A DNA stretch of 21,617 nt. Source: Dehalococcoidia bacterium (GTDB lineage Bacteria; Chloroflexota; Dehalococcoidia; Lucifugimonadales; UBA3495). The notes below the pieces were generated by a model, which saw nothing but the letters and a program-made list of their open reading frames with translations, ran no database searches and was not told the DNA's origin. How positions within the stretch are numbered: the stretch's first letter is position 1; each line of letters opens with the position of its first letter. The translations under genes were made by a program, and so were the position numbers. Location: the NCBI GenBank assembly GCA_030740155.1, contig JASLXV010000029.1, forward strand, positions 1 through 21,617. Reading direction: 5' to 3'. This document shows positions 17,947 through 21,617 of the stretch, piece after piece.

Positions 17947-18372
17947 ATGGCTGGTTCCCCGAAAAGGAAGTTCGACTTTGAAACGGTGCAGGCTGGCGAA
18001 GATCTGGCATCATACGAGTACGTCATGACTCAGGAGATGCTGGACAGATACCGAGCAGCAGTTGATGACCCCGGCGCGGATTTGCCCACCATCGGGGTCA
18101 AGCACGACACCACCGCCTTCGAAATGGTGTTCGATGACGATGTCGGCGGGGTCAATGCTGGGGCCGAGGTGGAGTTCCACAACGCTCCGATCCTCGGCAA
18201 GAAGATCATGGTCACGTCCCGAATCGCCGACAAGTTCTGGAAACGTGAAAAGCCCTACCTGGTCTACGAGGCCACCGCCATCGACGAGGACGGGCGCCTG
18301 CTGGAAAAGATGCGTACCTTCGAGGTAAAGAAACCCATTGTCGTAAAGGAAAAATGGTGGCCTCAAAGCTAG
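17947..18372 (+). CDS. Hot-dog-fold (MaoC-like) protein, paralog 1
   Basis: FETVQAGEDL, VNAGAEVEFHNAPILGKKI, KPYLVYEATAIDEDGRLL. Confidence 0.85.
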   Translation: MAGSPKRKFDFETVQAGEDLASYEYVMTQEMLDRYRAAVDDPGADLPTIGVKHDTTAFEMVFDDDVGGVNAGAEVEFHNAPILGKKIMVTSRIADKFWKREKPYLVYEATAIDEDGRLLEKMRTFEVKKPIVVKEKWWPQS

Positions 18373-18395
18373 CCGAGGCTCTTTAGGTTGCGCCG

Positions 18396-18427
18396 GGGGA
18401 ACCCTTCCCGGCAAAAAAGGGTTCCCC
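18396..18427. repeat. Hairpin/REP-like palindrome after paralog 1
   Basis: GGGGAACCCTT (18396-18406) / AAGGGTTCCCC (18417-18427). Confidence 0.65.
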
Positions 18428-18654
18428 TGAAAATCCTCCCCCGAAATTAGCTACCACACACAGCCGAGCCCAGCGCCGGCCTCCCGCCTTATGTACCTCC
18501 GGTGGAGACAGTCCCGACGCTGTCGACATCGACCACTTCGATGTTGCCGGCTCATCACCCCACACCTCTACCTGGCCGGCCCGGGAATCTCCCGGGGAAC
18601 CGCCTCAACTGGAACCCAATTGGTGGCCTGAAAGGGGGCCCTGGGTCCGCCGCC

Positions 18655-18716
18655 GGGTCGCATTGACTACCTCACTACCGCGTGGTATAGGTAGTTTGTA
18701 GTCTCGACCAGGGAGG
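18655..18716 (+). promoter_or_regulatory. Promoter with overlapping inverted repeat (copy 2)
   Basis: GGGTCGCATTGACTACCTCA and CGTGGTATAGGTAGT are identical to copy 1, with the same 17-nt spacing; CGACC precedes the GGGAGG SD. Confidence 0.75.
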
Positions 18717-18726
18717 TGGAGGGCAT

Positions 18727-19152
18727 ATGGCTGGTTCACGGCTGAAGCTGTTCGACTTCGACAAGATAGAGATAGGCGAGGACCTGGGCTCTTACGAGTA
18801 CGTCCTGAGCCAGGAGGTGCTGGACCGGTTCCGGGAGGCGGTGGGAGACCCTGACGGATCTTTCCCCACCGTCGCGGTCACGCACGACAGCACGGCGCTG
18901 GCCATGGTGTACGAGGACAACACCGGCGGGGTCAACGCCGGGTCCGAAGTGGAATTCTACAATCCTCCCATCCCTGGCAAGAAGATCAAGGTCACCGGCC
19001 GGATCGCCAACAAGTACTGGCGCCGGGACAAGCCGTACCTGGTCATCGAGGCCACCGCCGTCGACGAAGACGGGCGCCTGCTGGAAAGGATGCGCACCTA
19101 CCAGATGAAGAAACCCGACGAGATCGGAAAGAAATGGAAGGCTATGAGCTAG
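18727..19152 (+). CDS. Hot-dog-fold (MaoC-like) protein, paralog 2
   Basis: 141 aa, aligning without gaps to paralog 1 (about 87/141 identical by manual count). Confidence 0.85.
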   Translation: MAGSRLKLFDFDKIEIGEDLGSYEYVLSQEVLDRFREAVGDPDGSFPTVAVTHDSTALAMVYEDNTGGVNAGSEVEFYNPPIPGKKIKVTGRIANKYWRRDKPYLVIEATAVDEDGRLLERMRTYQMKKPDEIGKKWKAMS

Positions 19153-19236
19153 CGCCTAGTCAATCCGATTGAGGCGGATTGACCGGCATCCGCGGCCGGT
19201 GATCATCACCCGGCGATTGAGTACCAGACCAGGACC

Positions 19237-19421
19237 CATGGGGAGGGTCGGGAAAACCCTCCCCATGAAATTGCCTCCACGGTACCCTGGAGAACGTCAC
19301 CCCGAGTGTGGCGAAGGGTCCGGGGTGGTGGACCCTGGCTCCGATTGAGGAACCCCGCACCGGATTCCTCGTCCCTTCGTTCCTCGGAACGACAGTGTGG
19401 ATCAACTACTCGGAACGACAG
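19237..19421. repeat. Cluster of palindromes including a degenerate TGTCA-type REP
   Basis: CATGGGGAGGGT / ACCCTCCCCATG (19237-19267); GTCACCCCGAG (19296)...CTCGGAACGACAG (19383-19395), with the latter repeated at 19409-19421. Confidence 0.6.
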
Positions 19422-19584
19422 GTTTGGGGCAAAGGCCTATCGAAGAGATCAACCCGAGGCCCTTGCCGGGGCCACGCCTCCACCCTTGATCCGGGGAATG
19501 TAAATTTGGAGTCGCCGTCGAGGCCGGGCTTCCTTGTGGTTCGTCCTTGAGATCTCCACAACGCAACAGGGCAAGAGGTACGCC

Positions 19585-20787
19585 ATGGACTTTGGATACG
19601 GACCAGAACAGGAAGCCCTTCGCCAGGAAGTGCGCAAGTTCATTGATGAGAACGTTACGCCGGAGGTCTTGGCGGAGGTCCAGACCAAGGCGGAGGGAGG
19701 CGAGTGGCCTCACTTCAAGGAGATGCACCGGAAGGCCGCCGAGAGGGGGTGGGTTGGCATGTGCTGGCCCAAAGAGTACGGCGGCCAGGACGGAAGCCGC
19801 ATGGACCAGTACATCGTCGAGGAGGAGTTCGTCCGGGTCGGCATCGCCATGGGCGGAGTCGGCAGCGGCGCCCCGGCAATACTGGCGGCGGGCAGTGAGG
19901 AGCAGAAGCAGCACTTCATTCCCGGCCTCATCAACGGGGACATCAGCTTTGCCATGGGGTTTACCGAGCCCCAGGGGGGCGCCGACCTGGCCGGCCTCCA
20001 GTGCCGGGCGGTGAAGGACGGCGACGAATACGTCATCAACGGCCAGAAGATGTTCACCTCCGCGGCCCACTTCGCCACCCACATCTACCTGATGTGCCGG
20101 ACCGACCCGGATGCTCCAAGGCATCGAGGCATCTCCATCTTCCTGGTCCCCATGGATACGCCGGGCATCTCGGTGCGCCCTCTCTGGACCATTCAGAACG
20201 ATCCTCCAGCGCCCCCAGGCACCAACTGCGGCGCGTCGAGGACCAACGAGACCTTCTTCGAAGATGTGCGGGTCCCTCTATCGGCACTGTTGGGAGACGA
20301 GAACCGGGGTTGGTACGTCGGCGCCATGGGCCTGAACCTGGACCGGGTAGGGGCCAGCCGGCTGGTGAGGTCCATCAACAGGGATGAGGACTTCATCAAT
20401 TGGGCCAAGGAACACGACCTGGACGGCCACTCGGTGACCGACGATCCGGCGGTGAGGGACAAGCTCGCGGAGATGTGGATTGAGGCTCAGGTTTGCCGGC
20501 TGATGACCATGCGCAGCATGTCCATCTGGGAGCATGGCAACGACTTTACCTACGAGGGCTCGGCGGAAAAGGTTTGGGCGCCCGAGCACGGCGTCAGGAT
20601 CACCGAGGCAATCAGCCAGATCCTGGGGCCCTACGCCCAGCTACTGAGCGGCTCCGAAGACGCCATCGAAGACGGCCTGTACGCCCACAACATCATGGGC
20701 GCCTTCCAGTCCGGGATAAACCACGGCAGCGTTCAGATCATGCGAGACATGGTGGCCCGCCGTGGCCTCGGCATGCCCCGAGGGTAG
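19585..20787 (+). CDS. Acyl-CoA dehydrogenase family protein
   Basis: WPKEYGG, FAMGFTEPQGGADLAGL, INGQKMFTS, HRGISIFLVPMDTPG, NETFFEDVRVP. GAGG SD precedes the ATG at 19585. Confidence 0.95.
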   Translation: MDFGYGPEQEALRQEVRKFIDENVTPEVLAEVQTKAEGGEWPHFKEMHRKAAERGWVGMCWPKEYGGQDGSRMDQYIVEEEFVRVGIAMGGVGSGAPAILAAGSEEQKQHFIPGLINGDISFAMGFTEPQGGADLAGLQCRAVKDGDEYVINGQKMFTSAAHFATHIYLMCRTDPDAPRHRGISIFLVPMDTPGISVRPLWTIQNDPPAPPGTNCGASRTNETFFEDVRVPLSALLGDENRGWYVGAMGLNLDRVGASRLVRSINRDEDFINWAKEHDLDGHSVTDDPAVRDKLAEMWIEAQVCRLMTMRSMSIWEHGNDFTYEGSAEKVWAPEHGVRITEAISQILGPYAQLLSGSEDAIEDGLYAHNIMGAFQSGINHGSVQIMRDMVARRGLGMPRG

Positions 20788-20831
20788 CTGGGCGGCCACG
20801 GGCCCCTTCTGGAGCGCCCTGCCATGAAACG

Positions 20832-20863
20832 AAAAGGCCCCGGCCGCAAAACAGGCCGGGGCC
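20832..20863. terminator. Terminator-like hairpin between the ACAD gene and the convergent integrase
   Basis: AAAA-GGCCCCGGCC (20836-20845) / GGCCGGGGCC (20854-20863). Confidence 0.6.
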
Positions 20864-20979
20864 AACTTATAGAATGTTTCACGACTTCTTAAAGGTTGGT
20901 ACGGGGGAAATCCCCCTTTTGTCCCCTTTTACAAAAGGGGGAATGAACCGGTTCTCTCCGGTGGCGGGGTAGGTATTGT

Positions 20980-20997
20980 GTCCGACCTTCGGCACCA
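20980..20997 (+). other. att-like tRNA 3'-end fragment (tRNA-Leu-like)
   Basis: GTCCGACCTTCGGCACCA parses as end of T loop, T-stem 3' strand, acceptor 3' strand CTTCGGC, A discriminator and CCA. No tRNA body lies upstream. Confidence 0.75.
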
Positions 20998-21060
20998 GTT
21001 TCCTCTTCAACCCTATTTTCGTAGCTGATTCCTGGTTGACGAGTCCATGGAACCACGGAA

Positions 21061-21082
21061 TTGCCGACATTTTGCCGACATT
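21061..21082. repeat. Perfect 11-bp tandem repeat TTGCCGACATT x2; probable integrase arm-type sites
   Basis: Lies between the att-like fragment and the integrase stop codon. Confidence 0.7.
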
Positions 21083-21090
21083 GCTCCGGG

Positions 21091-21476
21091 CTACCCCCTC
21101 TCCATAGCTTTGGCGAAGGCGTTGGCAGCTTCCTTCTGCCAGCCTGGTAGTAAGTGGGCGTAGACATCGGCTGTGGTAGTCACGCTGCGGTGTCCTAGCC
21201 TCTTACTTACCAGAACCATGCTCTGACCGTTCTGGAGCATCACACTGGCATGGAAATGGCGGAGGTCGTGTATCTTTGCCTCCTGCAGTCCTACATTTTT
21301 GGCGAACGCCTGATAAGTTCTGGTGAGAGTCATCGGGTTGAGAGGCGCTCCCAAAGGACCGGGGAATACCAGGCGGTTGTCCTCGTAATCGGCCTCCAGT
21401 TCCATCCGACGCAGCAGTTGCTTGCCCAGGTGGGCGCGTAGGATAGCAACTGTGCCATCATCAAGGTCGATGCTCC
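21091..21476 (-). pseudogene. C-terminal part of a tyrosine integrase (phage/ICE type), interrupted by IS
   Basis: HDLRHFHAS, LGH and YAH catalytic motifs. The frame extends upstream as SIDLDDGTVAILRAH until the IS end at 21477. Confidence 0.92.
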
Positions 21477-21550
21477 TGACCTGCCCCCAGTACTTGTACC
21501 ACTTGTTATGTTAGTCCTACAAGGGCTGGAGTCAGACGATCTGCCAAGGT
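21477..21550 (-). mobile_element. Right end of an IS3-family element (minus orientation)
   Basis: TGACCTGCCCCC at 21477. The minus strand reads TLADRLTPALVGLT* with the stop 29 nt from the end, the same layout as the IS end at 1-140 (VGLY*, 29 nt). Confidence 0.8.
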
Positions 21551-21617
21551 TGACCTGCCCCCCGAAAACTGGTCCAGGTGTAATGTTAGTAACCTGGGCC
21601 AGAGAAAGGGGGAGAAA
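21551..21617 (+). mobile_element. Left end of a second IS3-family element
   Basis: TGACCTGCCCCCCGAAAACTGGTCCA... followed by an SD-like AAAGGGGGAG at the window edge. Confidence 0.8.

Noticed and set aside
18533..18558. Resemblance to the 23S rRNA segment CACCTCGATGTCGGCTCATCAC
   Set aside because: The match is short, needs a mismatch and a 3-nt insertion, and has no flanking rRNA similarity; probably chance.
7092..21082. CRISPR array from the short repeats
   Set aside because: The repeats are 11-15-bp tandem copies or palindromes without unique spacers, and there are no cas genes.
1..21617. Window as a circle closed through one IS copy
   Set aside because: The bases after the left IS end (ATAT) do not match those before 21551 (AGGT) or 21477 (CTCC), so there is no target duplication. 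The tRNA and metabolic genes look chromosomal.

Overview
High-GC bacterial chromosomal segment. Gene content and style suggest Chloroflexota, possibly Dehalococcoidia/SAR202-like; this is an inference, not a search result. Both ends are mobile-element debris. The left end has the 3' end and right inverted repeat of an IS3-family element, then a truncated tyrosine integrase just upstream of tRNA-Gly(CCC). The right end has an 18-bp tRNA-Leu-like 3' fragment (att-like), tandem arm-type repeats and the C-terminal half of a tyrosine integrase interrupted by two nested IS3-family ends. Between them lie mostly stand-alone catabolic and accessory genes: cupin, a membrane-anchored NHL-repeat protein frameshifted at a G9 tract, MFS transporter, SnoaL/NTF2, a DUF3303-like gene with an in-frame TAG, FKBP lipoprotein, an HTH-less ArsR/YdfF C-terminal domain, GlcG/HbpS, enoyl-CoA hydratase/isomerase, ThDP enzyme, DapA-family aldolase, ArsN2-like GNAT, a PAS-wHTH-BTAD regulator, two tandem hot-dog-fold paralogs and an acyl-CoA dehydrogenase. 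Several REP-like palindrome families are scattered through the intergenic DNA. No clearly new multi-gene system is proven. The best leads are (i) a duplicated promoter-plus-N-terminus module ahead of the NHL gene, with a possibly phase-variable G9 tract, (ii) a palindromic promoter element conserved ahead of both hot-dog paralogs, next to an acyl-CoA dehydrogenase with atypical motifs, and (iii) an att-like tRNA fragment with no tRNA body.
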